DNA of 63,990 bases, filler included, from Kipferlia bialata (taxonomy: Eukaryota), in NCBI GenBank assembly GCA_003568945.1. It is 5 parts of 5 records of this genome, joined end to end, with 100 filler letters (N's around TTAATTAATTAA, not from the genome) between each part and the next. Parts side by side here need not be neighbours in the genome. Positions count along the whole stretch, not along the records: positions 15,198 to 30,265 come from BDIP01000746.1; positions 30,366 to 45,426 come from BDIP01000747.1; 3 more parts are not named here. One strand, given 5' to 3'. A program made the translations under genes and the position numbers. Below the pieces are notes generated by a model. That model did no database searches and was not told the origin of the DNA. It saw nothing but the letters and a program-made list of their open reading frames with translations. Positions 26,401 through 38,500 of this stretch are shown here, piece by piece (within the stretch, counting starts at the first letter, position 1; each line of letters begins with the position of its first letter).

Positions 26401-28999
26401 CCGTGTTGCCTCCTACGTAGATGCCGACACCCCCCAGGCCCAAGACAGAGAGAGGCTGGACGCCCTTGACATGCAGGAGTGGCTGGCCCATGTGTGCACA
26501 CCCAGACAGGTCGTGCCAGGGGTGAGGGCCATGGTGACAGAGCTACCAGTGGCTGTGTTCCACATTCTGGACATAGCCTCCAGGGCAGTGCTGTCTGACT
26601 CTCTCTCCTCCTCCGATGCCTCTCCCGCCAAGGTGTCCACACAGGCCCAGATGGATATAGTCAGGGCACTGACACAGGGCGTGTGGAACCACCGGTACCA
26701 GTCTGACCCCCTCGACGACAGGACCTTCTCCCTCATCGAGACACTGGGTAGGGTGGTCAGTAGGCCATGCCCTGCCTCCGACAAGGGTGGTCCCAACCCT
26801 GTCACCCTGTCTGTCATGGCCGTGTATGGTCTGGCCAGTCTGGCCACTGAGGGCAGGTTCGAGGTGAGGTCAGCGGTGGAGAAGACGCTCTTCGACCACA
26901 TTCCCTCTGTGCTCAGGTCGCTGTACCAGTCAGAGGATCACAGCGCGTGGCTGCTGCTCTTCAGAGGTGTCGTGTGCCCCACTGTTCTTACCTTGATGGG
27001 CATAGTGACCAACATGTACCGCAACCCCACGCCCCTTGCTGGTCGCTCCCCCCTGTCCCCTGCCAATCCCGACAACACCCACTCCCAGTGGCTGAGCACG
27101 GCCAGGTCCATCCTGCCCAGGATGTCCAGACTGCTAGGCACCCTGGCAGACACAAAGCTGGGAGGGGAGCCCCTCTATGCAGGTGCCAGGCTTGCACCCC
27201 TGTGGCACTGGGCCGTGCTGTGCCTCCTAGATGCAGCTGACATGGCATCTGCCTGTGGGGACCTCTCTCTGGCTGGGTTTGTGGTGGATGAGTACACCGC
27301 CCTGGTCTCCTGCCCTGCCTATGTGCAGCACATGCTGGAGACAGAGGCCTGTGACGAGAGTGTGGAGCTGTCTTATGCAGCCCAGGAGGCATCACTTGGT
27401 GTTGGTGTGCAGTGGGAGTGCCTGACCGAAGACTACTTCTGCCCTGTATCTACAGGCCCTGCCTCTGTAGCCCTGTGGTGCCGCCTTCTCTCTCTCCTAG
27501 AGGCAGAGGCCCTGCTAGAGGATGGAGACAGACTGGGCAGGATGCTGGCAGCCATCACCCGCTACACACCCCGATACTCCCTGCAGTCCCAGACCGTGAC
27601 CCTCGAGTCTCTGCGGTACAGGGTGCTGCACGACATCATGCACATTGTATGCACCCTGGACCAGTCCAGCGCCCATGTCAAGGTGTGCCTGGACTCACTC
27701 TCTGTGCAGTACACTAGATGGAGCCTGGCCCTGGCAGGGGGTGACAAGGAGAGGCACACGTGGTGCCCAGAGCGTGTGGCTGCTCTGTCTGAGTACGTCC
27801 ACACCGTTGCCCAGCACTGCCTGTTTGACAGTGACAGGCAGGGGTGGCATGTATTAGATTGGGCCCAGGGCACAGGGCCAGCCGACCTCTTCTCCATGCT
27901 GGATGGTATGTGCATGGGCGGAGACTACGACAGGGCAATGCACCCCAGCGAGGAGGGCGAGGGGGAGTGTGTGTGGCCCAGCCGCACTGAGGCCGTCTTC
28001 ACCCAGGGCATGGCCCTGCTGGAGCAGCTTCTGGTTGGTGCTGACTCCTCTCCGTCCCTGGCAGTGGTGGCACCCATCGTGCTGGTCACCCTCTCCCAGG
28101 GCCTAGTCTACAGATCCATGCAGGTCAGGGACGGACAGGGCGACATGCCACGCAGAGAGCTAGTGGCCCTGTCGAAGCTGCACGCCAAGCTGTGTCTGGC
28201 CACACTGACTGGGGCCAAGGCCGTAGGAGAGGCACAGGCAGAGACACAGACAGAAGAAGAGACCAAGGGGGAGGACCGCACTGCCGACTCCCTCTGGGCC
28301 CATCTTCAGGAGACTGCCCACCTGTTTGTGTCTGAGGAGGGCGGCCTCAGCCTGGGCAACCCCCTGCTTCTGGTGAGGGGTGCCCTTGTATCCTGTCTCA
28401 GGGACATGCTCGACATCCAGAGGCCCTGCGACACACGGCTGAGGGAGGCCGTGACCCTGTTCCTGCATGGGGTGGACAGTGCCGTCCGGAGCAGAGCCCC
28501 TCCCTCTCTATCCCTAGACACCATGGCACCTGTCTATGGTCTGGACACATGTGCAGTGTCCACCAGGGTGGTGTTTGACGCGTGTCTGTCTGGCCTGCTG
28601 CTGCTGAGCCACGAGGGGTACCACCCTGCCCTGTCTGCCCTCTATGAGTATGTGGTGGATGGGGTGCACTGGTACACAGACCTCACAGCTGTGCTGGGGG
28701 AGTGCCCCCTCTCCCACACCAGGCAGGAGTGCTTCGGCCTCCTCCTCTCCCAGTACCTCTCCCTCACTGTGCCCCACACCCCAGCCACCGCTGCATACTT
28801 TGTGCCATCTGTACCCATGTCACCCCCAGAGGCTGAGGCAGAGGCAGAGGCAGAGGCTGTTGTGCCTTGTGGCCAGCTCCACCTAGTGGCCCTCCTGCCC
28901 CACCTCTACCCCCTCTTTGCCACCCGCAATGCAGGGGTCAGGGACACGGTCAAGGCAATGCACGAGAGAGGCCTCAAGGGCCTGCGCCTGACACCATGA
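23449..28999 (+). CDS. MON2: MON2-like large ARM/HEAT-repeat trafficking protein (Sec7/BIG-related scaffold)
   Basis: Three short exons plus a 4.88-kb exon (1646-aa ORF). N-terminal DCB-like LEAPISVLSNCGGQPKLAVTASASL, mid RFEVRSAVEKTLF...WLLLFRGVVCP, and C-terminal HLVALLPHLYPLF...VRDTVK resemble MON2. No Sec7 catalytic motif seen. Family call is from motif recall only. Confidence 0.55.
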
Positions 29000-29556
29000 G
29001 ATGCCTTTGCGTTGTGTACCATCTACGGTATATGTAGTTGACCCTGGGTCCTTGTGTTTAGAGGCCTCTGGAATAGATAATGACCCTATATGTATGCTGT
29101 CGTTGTATGACTTGTGTTAGTGTTGTGCATCGGATGGAAGCATGAGGTTGCTTCAAGTTATCAAGCGGAGTTGACTGGTGAGAAGTATGGCAATGAGAAG
29201 TCTCACAGACGAAGTACACATACTCTTTAGTGACTCTCCCCCACTGATAAAACCATGCGCGGCAGGCTAGAGTGTTTCAGTTCAAAAGGGGTGTTCTTCC
29301 CTACTACTTGCAGAACGCGGTATAGTGAGCTGTTACACTCGAGGTTCAAATAGTGTATGACAGCGAGTTACGGTAGGCCTATGGTATCCGAAGACCTTTC
29401 TTTTCGGAAGAGACAAAAGGTCTGAGAATTGTGGCTGGGGATGGCGACTGAGAGCCACTCGTCTATTGAGTGGTCAACAGCTGGGGAAGGTGAACAGTGA
29501 AGGGCGATGTTTCTTTCAACAAACCTTTCTCTCTTCGACTACAGAGACCTCCCAAG

Positions 29557-30150
29557 ATGACCCCCCTTCCCTCCATGCCCGCCCCTGACTTCACCGTCGA
29601 TGTGCTGAACCCCGACTACTCGTTCGGCTCCGTGTCCCTCAAGGACTACGCCGGCAAGTACCTCGTCATCCTCTTCTACCCCGCCGACTTCACCTTTGTG
29701 TGCCCCTCCGAGATCCACAAGTTCAACGACAACCTGGAGCGCTTCCGTGCCGCTGGCGCCGAGGTGCTGATCGGCTCCACCGACGGCCCCTTCGTGCACC
29801 TGGCCTGGACCCAGACCCCCCGTGCCGAGGGCGGCCTGGGCAAGATGGCCGTGCCCCTCTTCGCTGACCGCAACCTCAAGTTCAGCCGCGACTACGGTGT
29901 GCTGATCGAGGACGCCGGCCTGTCCCTCCGCGGCATGTTCATCATCAGCGACAAGGGCATCCTGCGCCACGTCACCGTCAACGACTTCCAGGTCGGCCGC
30001 AACGTCGAGGAGGCCCTCCGCCTAGTGCAGGGCTTCAAGCACGCCGACGAGACTGGCGCCGGCATCCCCTGCGACTGGACCCCCGGCTCAGACACCATCA
30101 TCCAGGACCCAGAGGGCAAGAAGGAGTTTTTTCTCGAGCACCAGAAGTAG
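29557..30150 (+). CDS. Typical 2-Cys peroxiredoxin (AhpC/TSA, Prx1 subfamily), intronless
   Basis: FYPADFTFVCPSEI (peroxidatic Cys), GGLG, RGMFII, GRNVEEALRLVQ and resolving Cys in IPCDWTPG. Very strong C/G third-position bias. Confidence 0.95.
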   Translation: MTPLPSMPAPDFTVDVLNPDYSFGSVSLKDYAGKYLVILFYPADFTFVCPSEIHKFNDNLERFRAAGAEVLIGSTDGPFVHLAWTQTPRAEGGLGKMAVPLFADRNLKFSRDYGVLIEDAGLSLRGMFIISDKGILRHVTVNDFQVGRNVEEALRLVQGFKHADETGAGIPCDWTPGSDTIIQDPEGKKEFFLEHQK

Positions 30151-30265
30151 AGAGACACCCAACCCCTCCAAGCGAGGCCCCTCCCCCGCTGAGGCCCAGG
30201 CAGCCCCTGGCACCAAGCGGCGGGGATAGTGTGTAGTGTCCACATTCATTATCAGATACTTGTGT

Positions 30266-30365
30266 NNNNNNNNNNNNNNNNNNNNNNNNNNNNNNNNNNN
30301 NNNNNNNNNTTAATTAATTAANNNNNNNNNNNNNNNNNNNNNNNNNNNNNNNNNNNNNNNNNNNN
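30266..30365. other. Artificial contig linker
   Basis: N-TTAATTAATTAA-N, 100 nt. Confidence 0.97.
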
Positions 30366-30633
30366 ATATAAAATTTTTAATCTTTTTTTCCCCCCCCCCC
30401 CCCCAGCTTGCCCTGTCTACACATGTTTGGGTGTCAGTGCATCGTGTGTATATATAGTACACACACATATATATAGTGTATACCCCTCTTAGTATCTCTA
30501 ACCCCCCAGCTTGTCATGTCTACACCTACAGCTCTGAGGGTGCCAGTGTATGTATATATAGTACACACAGACACACATATATATATATATATATAGTATA
30601 TATAGTGTATGCTGAGTATCTATATAACCCCAG

Positions 30634-32645
30634 CTTGCCCTGTCTACACCTACAGTTCTGAGGGTGCCAGTGTGTGCAGCCCATGTGCAGACGGATACGC
30701 CAGTGGAATAGGTATGTTCTCCATACAGCTAATACTTATCTCCCTCTTCCTCTAGTACCCCCCTTCTCTAACACTAGAGTACACTGTCTGTGTTGACTCT
30801 CTTGACTCGCTCAACATATATACACTTTCTAACTTTAGTACTAATCATTGTGTCACTCTATTCTCCATCTATTTTATACCCTAACCCTCCAGGCTACACT
30901 GTCTGTGTGGACTGTCTGGTTGAGCCAGACCTGTGCGAGTGCGGCGCAGGTACAGTGGCACTATATTACGCAGATTTTTATAGAGAGAGTGCGGGGAACA
31001 CTTCTCTCACCAGTGCCAGTTTCACATACTTCTGAACTACTATAACGACACCTCCAGCCTGACTGTCGACATATTTTTCTCTCTCTCCCTCTTTCTCTCT
31101 CTGCATATCTATATATACATACTCACTCCAGGCTACTACACGGATACCTCCATCTTAACAGGGGATAGATGCCAGTCATGTTATATATACGTATACGCAT
31201 ATGTTTATGTATATATACCCCCACTTACCCTAGGCTACTACACAGATACCTCCATCCTGACTGGTGACAGATGCCGGTCATGCCCAGCTGGGTCATACTG
31301 TGCCATTGGGCAGAAGTATGCATGCACAGGTATACACATATAGTATATGTAGAGACATAAATATATATATATAGAGAGAGAAAGAGAGAGAGAAAGCGGG
31401 AGGGTTGGGTCGTACTGTGCCATAGGGGAGAAGTACTCTTGCACAGGTATATGCACATCTCTGATACGCATATATCGACTCAAGTTTCCTAACACGCACT
31501 CTCTCTGACTCCAGGAGACACCTATAGCTTTGGTGGCGCCACTGAGTGCTCGGACTGTATAGAAGGTATTTGTATATGAGAGACAATGTGTATGTATATG
31601 TATGTATGTATTCATATGGATGTACATATATGTGTAAGGGCGCCACTGAGTGCTCGGACAGGATAGAGGGAGGGTATCCATAGAATCATTATATATGGCA
31701 TATATATACTAACCTCAGGTTGGTTTTGTTCCGACGGCATTGCCTTACCATGCCTAGACAACACCTATGCAGACACTACCATATGTGTATACAAATGAAC
31801 GTCGAATATACCCTTACCATCTAGGCTGGCTCTGTTCCGATGGCATTGCCCTGCCCTGCCTAGACAACACCTATGCAGACACAGACAGTGGCACATGCAT
31901 AGACTGCATAGACGGGTACATATGTACAGACGGTACGTCAATCGTGTATTTGTATTCTATTTAAATACAATCTCAGTTTCTTTCTTTTAGTCTCATGTAT
32001 CTAATGCCCTAGGCCTCCTTGACCCGTGTCCCGTTGGCTTCTACCACTACACCTACGACGAGGCATATGAACCATCGGAGTATGAGGTACATCGCATACG
32101 ATCCTCGTATTGGATTCTTGCAGTCATAGAGGCAGCTGTATTTTGCATAGCAACATATCATAGACATATATATATATGTGTGTGTGGGTGGGTGTTTGGG
32201 TGTAGATAGACTAAATACAATAGACCGCTTACTATACACTCACCCTCCTAGGCCCTTTTCCCGTACCAATGCATCCCATGTTCACCAGGGTACATATCAA
32301 CATCAGAGGCATCCACAGAGGTAGATTTGATACATGTACATACCTGTATTGTTCGTTGGTATTATATGAAGTGTGCTATTTACTCTACAAGTACACTCAT
32401 CAACAGTGGAGGCATCCATAGAGGTATGCATTCTTGTATATATACATTTGCATGCGTGTATTGTTTACTGTATAGTAATCATAGTATATGCTCCCATGGG
32501 CACATATATATACATATATACATCTATATCAACCACAGAGGCATCCATGGAGGTATACATACTTGTATATATGAGTCTTCTCTCTGTCTTTAGTATATAT
32601 ACTGACCCCAGTGCACCGTGTGTCCAGATGGCCAGACCTCCAACT

Positions 32646-32684
<39 letters not shown>

Positions 32685-33620
32685 GTATACATAGTACTGA
32701 CCCCAGTGTACTGTCTGCCCTGATGGCCAGACCTCCAACTATGTCAGAGATGCATGTGTGGACTGTAGGGCTGGGGCATACTCTACAGGTGTGTAAATGT
32801 TTGTGTGTATAATATACATGAACAATTCTCTCTCTGCAAGTGCCTCTCTCTCATATGTAGGTGGCGCTGCCTGCTCCAGCTGTGTTGCTCGCTATATGCT
32901 ACTTCACTAATTTACTTAGTAATACTTCACTCGTCTCTCTTACCCTAGGTGGCGCTGTCTGTTCCAGATGTAATCTAAGCTATCCCTCTCTCACACACAC
33001 ACTCTTTCGCATTACCTATATACTTACACTAGGTGGCGCTGCCTGTTCGAGCTGTGCTGCTGGTACCTACAGTGACAGTGGGGCAGATGGGTGTACAGAC
33101 TGTTTAGCTGGAACGTATTCAGAGAGGTACTGGTGCTCCAGTAATATTCATCTCTCCTTCCTCTCTATCTACTTCCCTTGATGTCTAGGGGGTCTCCCAC
33201 CTAGTGACTGCGTGGGCTTCCCTGATTATATACTATAGTAATACGTGTTTCATTACTATCCCTAATATGTAGGGGGTCCCCGACCTGCGTGGACTGCCCT
33301 GCCGGGTACTACCAGGACACAGACGCACAGGGGGAGTGCATAGCATGCCCAGCCAATACATACAGGTATGTCAGGGTTGAATGATTAATTTTTGCATATA
33401 TATAAGCTCTCTTCCCTTACTCCCAGCACTACAATATTATCGGGTTTCTCCTCATATATGCCAAAAGCCTCTGTAGGCCCTCTTTTGGCTTTCAACTTAG
33501 TGTCACATATCATCCATCTTTCTGACCCCCAGTACCACAATCGGGTCCTCTGACCCTGCCCTCTGTCTGTCCTGTCCAGATGGCACAGTCAGTGACGAGG
33601 GGAGCTCAGAGTGTGTGTGA
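30634..33620 (+). CDS. Cysteine-rich CxxC-repeat protein (GCC2/GCC3 or ephrin-receptor-like, VSP-like), 3' part
   Basis: Spliced exons give repeated C..CPAGTY...C units: CRSCPAGSYC, CIPCSPGY, CSSCAAGTYS, CVDCPAGYYQD, CIACPANTYS, CLSCPDGTVSDEGSSECV* (TGA 33618-33620). Confidence 0.8.
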
Positions 33621-34163
33621 GCAGTGGCATGAATAGATAAATTAGTATTAATACCAAACACAGTGATGATGGTTATTATAGACGTCTTGAACGTCTCGAG
33701 CGTTTGTGCAAAAATAGGGGTTTATACTAGGTTGCCTCCTGACATGTGAGTAAGCTGCTTCCTTCAAGGCATGGCTGTATTAGATATCAGCTTCTGATAT
33801 CTAGTCCAGTAGTGCCTGTTGTGTAGCATAACACGTGTTTGGTGCCTGGGGAGTCTGAGTTTCAGCGGCTAACTGTGGGCTGTGTTAGAGTGGCGCTAGG
33901 CTCTATCTGTCCCTGACCCCGCTCTCTGGCGCTAGGCAGTAGACTGTCACGTATGCAGTTCCCGTCATGCTCCTGCTGCCAGAGGAAGTGCCTCTTAACC
34001 CTGCCACATGAGCAGAGGCAGCCTCTGATGCAGGCTGTGATCAGGTATGGTGCATTGGTATGTATGACATGTCATGTCACCCACGGCTGTAGTGGGATAG
34101 TATTCTCAGTGTTCTGCAATCAGCATACATATGCCCGTGGTGTTATAGATTGTGTTGGTACTC

Positions 34164-34207
<44 letters not shown>

Positions 34208-34579
34208 ACTTTCTGACTATACATTTCTGACTATCTCCAGCCATTGCCAGTATGACTATTTCTCTCTCTTTCTCTCTATCTCTTGCTCAAGCACTCTCTC
34301 TCATATATCTCGCTCTCACCCCAGACCCGTCCTAGTCTGCCGATGTACTCTCTCTCTCTCTATTACCCTCTCTCCCTATTTCCATATCTCTCTCTCTCTC
34401 CCCTTATTTCTCACGCCTAGACACGTCCCCTCCCTGTGTGTCACATTTGTTCTCTCTCCTTCACCCCCGCTATATATTTGTATAATCACATATGTTTCCA
34501 TTCTATATCTCACCCCCAGACCCGTCCCCTTATACTTATACTTATACTATTCCCTCCCAGTCTGCCAATATACTCTCTC

Positions 34580-34613
<34 letters not shown>

Positions 34614-34735
34614 CCACCCCAGGCCTGTCCCCTCCCAATCTGCCAGTGGGTAGTCAACAACACTATACTGTATCTATCTATCTATACATGAGTATATCTA
34701 CATATGAATATACCCACACCACTTCTCACCCCCAG

Positions 34736-35291
34736 GCCTGTCCCCTCCCAGTCTGCCAGTGGGTGGTCGGTGGTGGCAGGGGTGCAGCTGGTACATTTGT
34801 ATGCATATATGGATGTACTATATATACATATAGTTGGGTATATATATATGGTCTGTGGTGGCAGGGGTGCAGCAGGTATAGTCTTATTTACTTCTTCGTT
34901 TGTATATAACTGATTTGTATGTGTCTGATTATATTTGTATAGATGCATATATATACATATGTCTCACAGAAGCCATCCCTGCTCAACAGTCTCTCTCTCC
35001 CTCTTTGTCTTACATCCATCTCACCCAGGCCCTCTCTGCCTACATTAACACTGGTGGTGCCGATGCCTCTCTCTCTCTCTCTCTCTGAGAGAGAGTCTCT
35101 CTCTCTTCCTACACTCTTACCACTAGGCCCTCTCTGCCTTCATTAACACTGTTGGCGCCGATGCCTCTCTCTCTCTCTCTCTGTCTTACATCCATCTTAC
35201 CACTAGGCACTCTCTGCCTACATTGACACTGTTGGTGCAGACGCCAGTCCAGATGTCATGACAGTGCTCAGTGCATTGGAGGAAGGTGTGG

Positions 35292-35327
<36 letters not shown>

Positions 35328-35492
35328 AGGAGAGAGTCGGATATATGCGTCCTATCCGTACTATAACTGTGTACCCTCAACTTAACCTCAGGCGCCTCCC
35401 TCCCCATCCTCTCCATGTGCTATGTGGGTGATGATGCCTCTACCCCTCTGGACTTCATGACAGAGGTGGCACAGGACCTAGGTACATATACT

Positions 35493-35525
<33 letters not shown>

Positions 35526-38500
35526 AGATCAATACATATTGTATACGGTAACACCTTCATGAGTCATGAAGGCTTCATGACAGAGGTGGCACAGGACCTA
35601 GGTACAGATATACATATATACTATAATGCTATTCATGAATTGAAGTGAGTGTATGCACTTGAGTAACTGAGGTGGTACTGGATCTAGGTACGTATACAGT
35701 TTACATTTACTTTAACATATACACATATGTGAGTATTATGTTGTATTTACACATATACATCTTCATGACTGAGGTAGCACACCACCTGGGTTAGAAAAGA
35801 GACCAGGCTCTCTCTTTATGCCCACCCCCCCCCCCACTTACCCCTATACCTCTCTCTATCTCCCTCTATATTATTATTATAGTATAGTTTTTTCTTCCTC
35901 ACCCCAGGCAGCCACGATAACCCCTCTGCCTCCAGTGATCTCTCTCTCCTTGTGTATTGTATTATATTTATTTACTCCTCTCCCCCTAACCCCAGGCATC
36001 CACGATGACCCCTCTGCCTCTCTGTCCCAGGTGGCTGGGACTGGGTTCCACGCTAGGGCAGGTAGATATGCTCACCCATAATACACTCTAATAATAGCAT
36101 ATGTCACAATTTGTCACACCTATTAGCCCTACCACTCTGACACTAGGCTCCACTGGTATCCGCCCCTCTATCTCCTACTCTCTGGACACCTCCAGTCTGA
36201 CTGGGTGTGTGGAGCAGACAGTAGACATTGTGGTCGGGGACTATGTGGTGTTCCAGGTACGTATACATAAGTATAACTATATATGCGTATGTAGTATATA
36301 GCTCTCTCTCTCTCTCTCTGTTCTCTTCCTAGTATGATGCCACCAGCACCGACCTCATATTCTCTCTCTCTCTCTCCCTCTCTCTCTCTCCCCCCCTCTC
36401 TCTCTGTTAATAGTCCCAGTAGGATGCCACCAGCACTGATGCCATCACCAATACCTTCAATATCTCTCTCTCCCTCTATAGATACTTCTTTCACTCATCC
36501 TAGTATGGTGCCACCAGCACCGATGCCATCTTTCTCTCTCTCTCTCTCTCTCTCTCTCCCTCTATAGATATACTTCACTCATCCCAGTATGATGCCACCA
36601 GCACCGATGCTGTCCGTTCTCAGTGCGGTGACAATGCGACAACAGACAATCTCATGAACACCATTACTACATCCGGGTGAGTGGATGAGTGTTATGCTTT
36701 ACTATTCCATTCTACATCGTCCATACATAGAAGATCCATACTGCTTAAGACACTAACCGTGAGCCTGACTGGCGATACCAAGAAGTGGGTATCTTACATT
36801 CTATATTTTGCTTATCCATCACAATAGTCTGACCACTGAGGGTGACACCCAGTAGGGTCAGGAGTTATTATGATGTATATACAATACACAATGGGGTTTT
36901 TAAATACCACATATAGTGTACATGCTAACTCTCAGCCTGACCATTGGGGATGATGCCCAGATAGGGTCAGGGCCCAACCAGGAGCCCTGGATATGCGGGT
37001 TCAATGACAACGCAGATTCATACTGGGTATGCCATACTGTTATGTATATGCTCTCTATATATATGTAAGTTTATTATGATATATGTATCTGTATGTTCTA
37101 TTTGATAATAGATATTCCATTGTATCAATCTTGGATCCTCCTTTGATACTCATTCCAGGTGGCAGGGTATGTATGTTCAAGTAGTACTATGGGTTCATTG
37201 GGTCTCATTCAGATACTCTTCCTGTATTTCCTTCATACTTATACCAGTTCGACAGGTGTGGGGCCACTGTAGAGAACTGTTCGAACCTTGATGCCGTGAC
37301 AGAGGTATGAAGACAAGGCGTTATTCCCGTATTTTGCTCATTGGTGGTTGCATTAACACCCAAAAGTGAGAGAATTCCCTTCTAATGAATCGGCGAATGC
37401 AATATTATTGTGTTAATCCTTATGAGTATCAATGTCGACTGTTCCCTTAACCCTCCCAGGCAGAGTGGGATGCCCACTATGCGTTACTATTTCCATTCAT
37501 CCAAAGTGTTAGACCATGTGTATTAGATTGTATTAGTGAATAGTGTATCCCCTAACCTCCCAGGCAGAGTGGGGTAACCACTGTAACTGTTGGCCCTATT
37601 CTATGTTCAGCTACCCCTGTGGGGAGAGCACTGGGTCAGTGAAGGTATGTACTTAAACAACAGCAGTGTAATTATATATTTAGGAGTTTGAACAATATGA
37701 TGTACTAAGGAGTTCTCCATATTATGCATATTATGGAATGTATCCAGTAAATACTATCCATATATACTCAACTCAAACCAGGACGAGGATGTGTCTGACG
37801 AATATCTGTCCGGAGACGCAGCAAACTACATCATGTCTCTGCAGGGTGAGTAGGCATATATCACATGGAATACTATTTTCCACTGTCATTATTATATGGA
37901 ATTGCCCCTTTCTGTTCCTTTGTTTCTATCATCAGGCATGGAGTATGTCTTGTTGCCATGTATTTCTTTCACAAAGACATACTGATTAACTGTTAATCTA
38001 GCGTATATGTTGGTGTTCTATATACTAACCCCCAGGTATGGTCTTTGCCTTCCTGACTCAAGTGTGTTCTTTGTGTACTATTCATATATATATACATCTC
38101 ATATATACAGATATATATATACTAACATAAAGGCATGGACTTTGCCTCCCTGACCCTTGGTGATGAGTACTACATATACTTGTCATATGCACATATATAC
38201 ACACATATATATATACTCACCTACAAATTCATATGTATATATTGTCTCTTCACCGTCAGGCATGGACTTTGCCTCCCTGACCCTTGGGGATATGTCAACA
38301 GATTAATTATTAATATATAGGTGTTGTATACTAATTATTAGGCATGGACTTTGCCTCCCTGACCCTTGGGGATGAGTACTACAATCAGTACTCCAATGAC
38401 CTCATGGAAGAGATGGAAGAGATGTTCCCAACGGTACGTGTATAGGACCACTTTGTTGTGTATAGTATTTCGCATTTGAGTACTCTCGTAAAAACCGTAA

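Noticed and set aside
24091..28886. Many antisense and alternate-frame ORFs over the MON2-like exon (likewise over GDPD and Prx)
   Set aside because: These are shadows of GC-rich coding sequence with no independent motifs.
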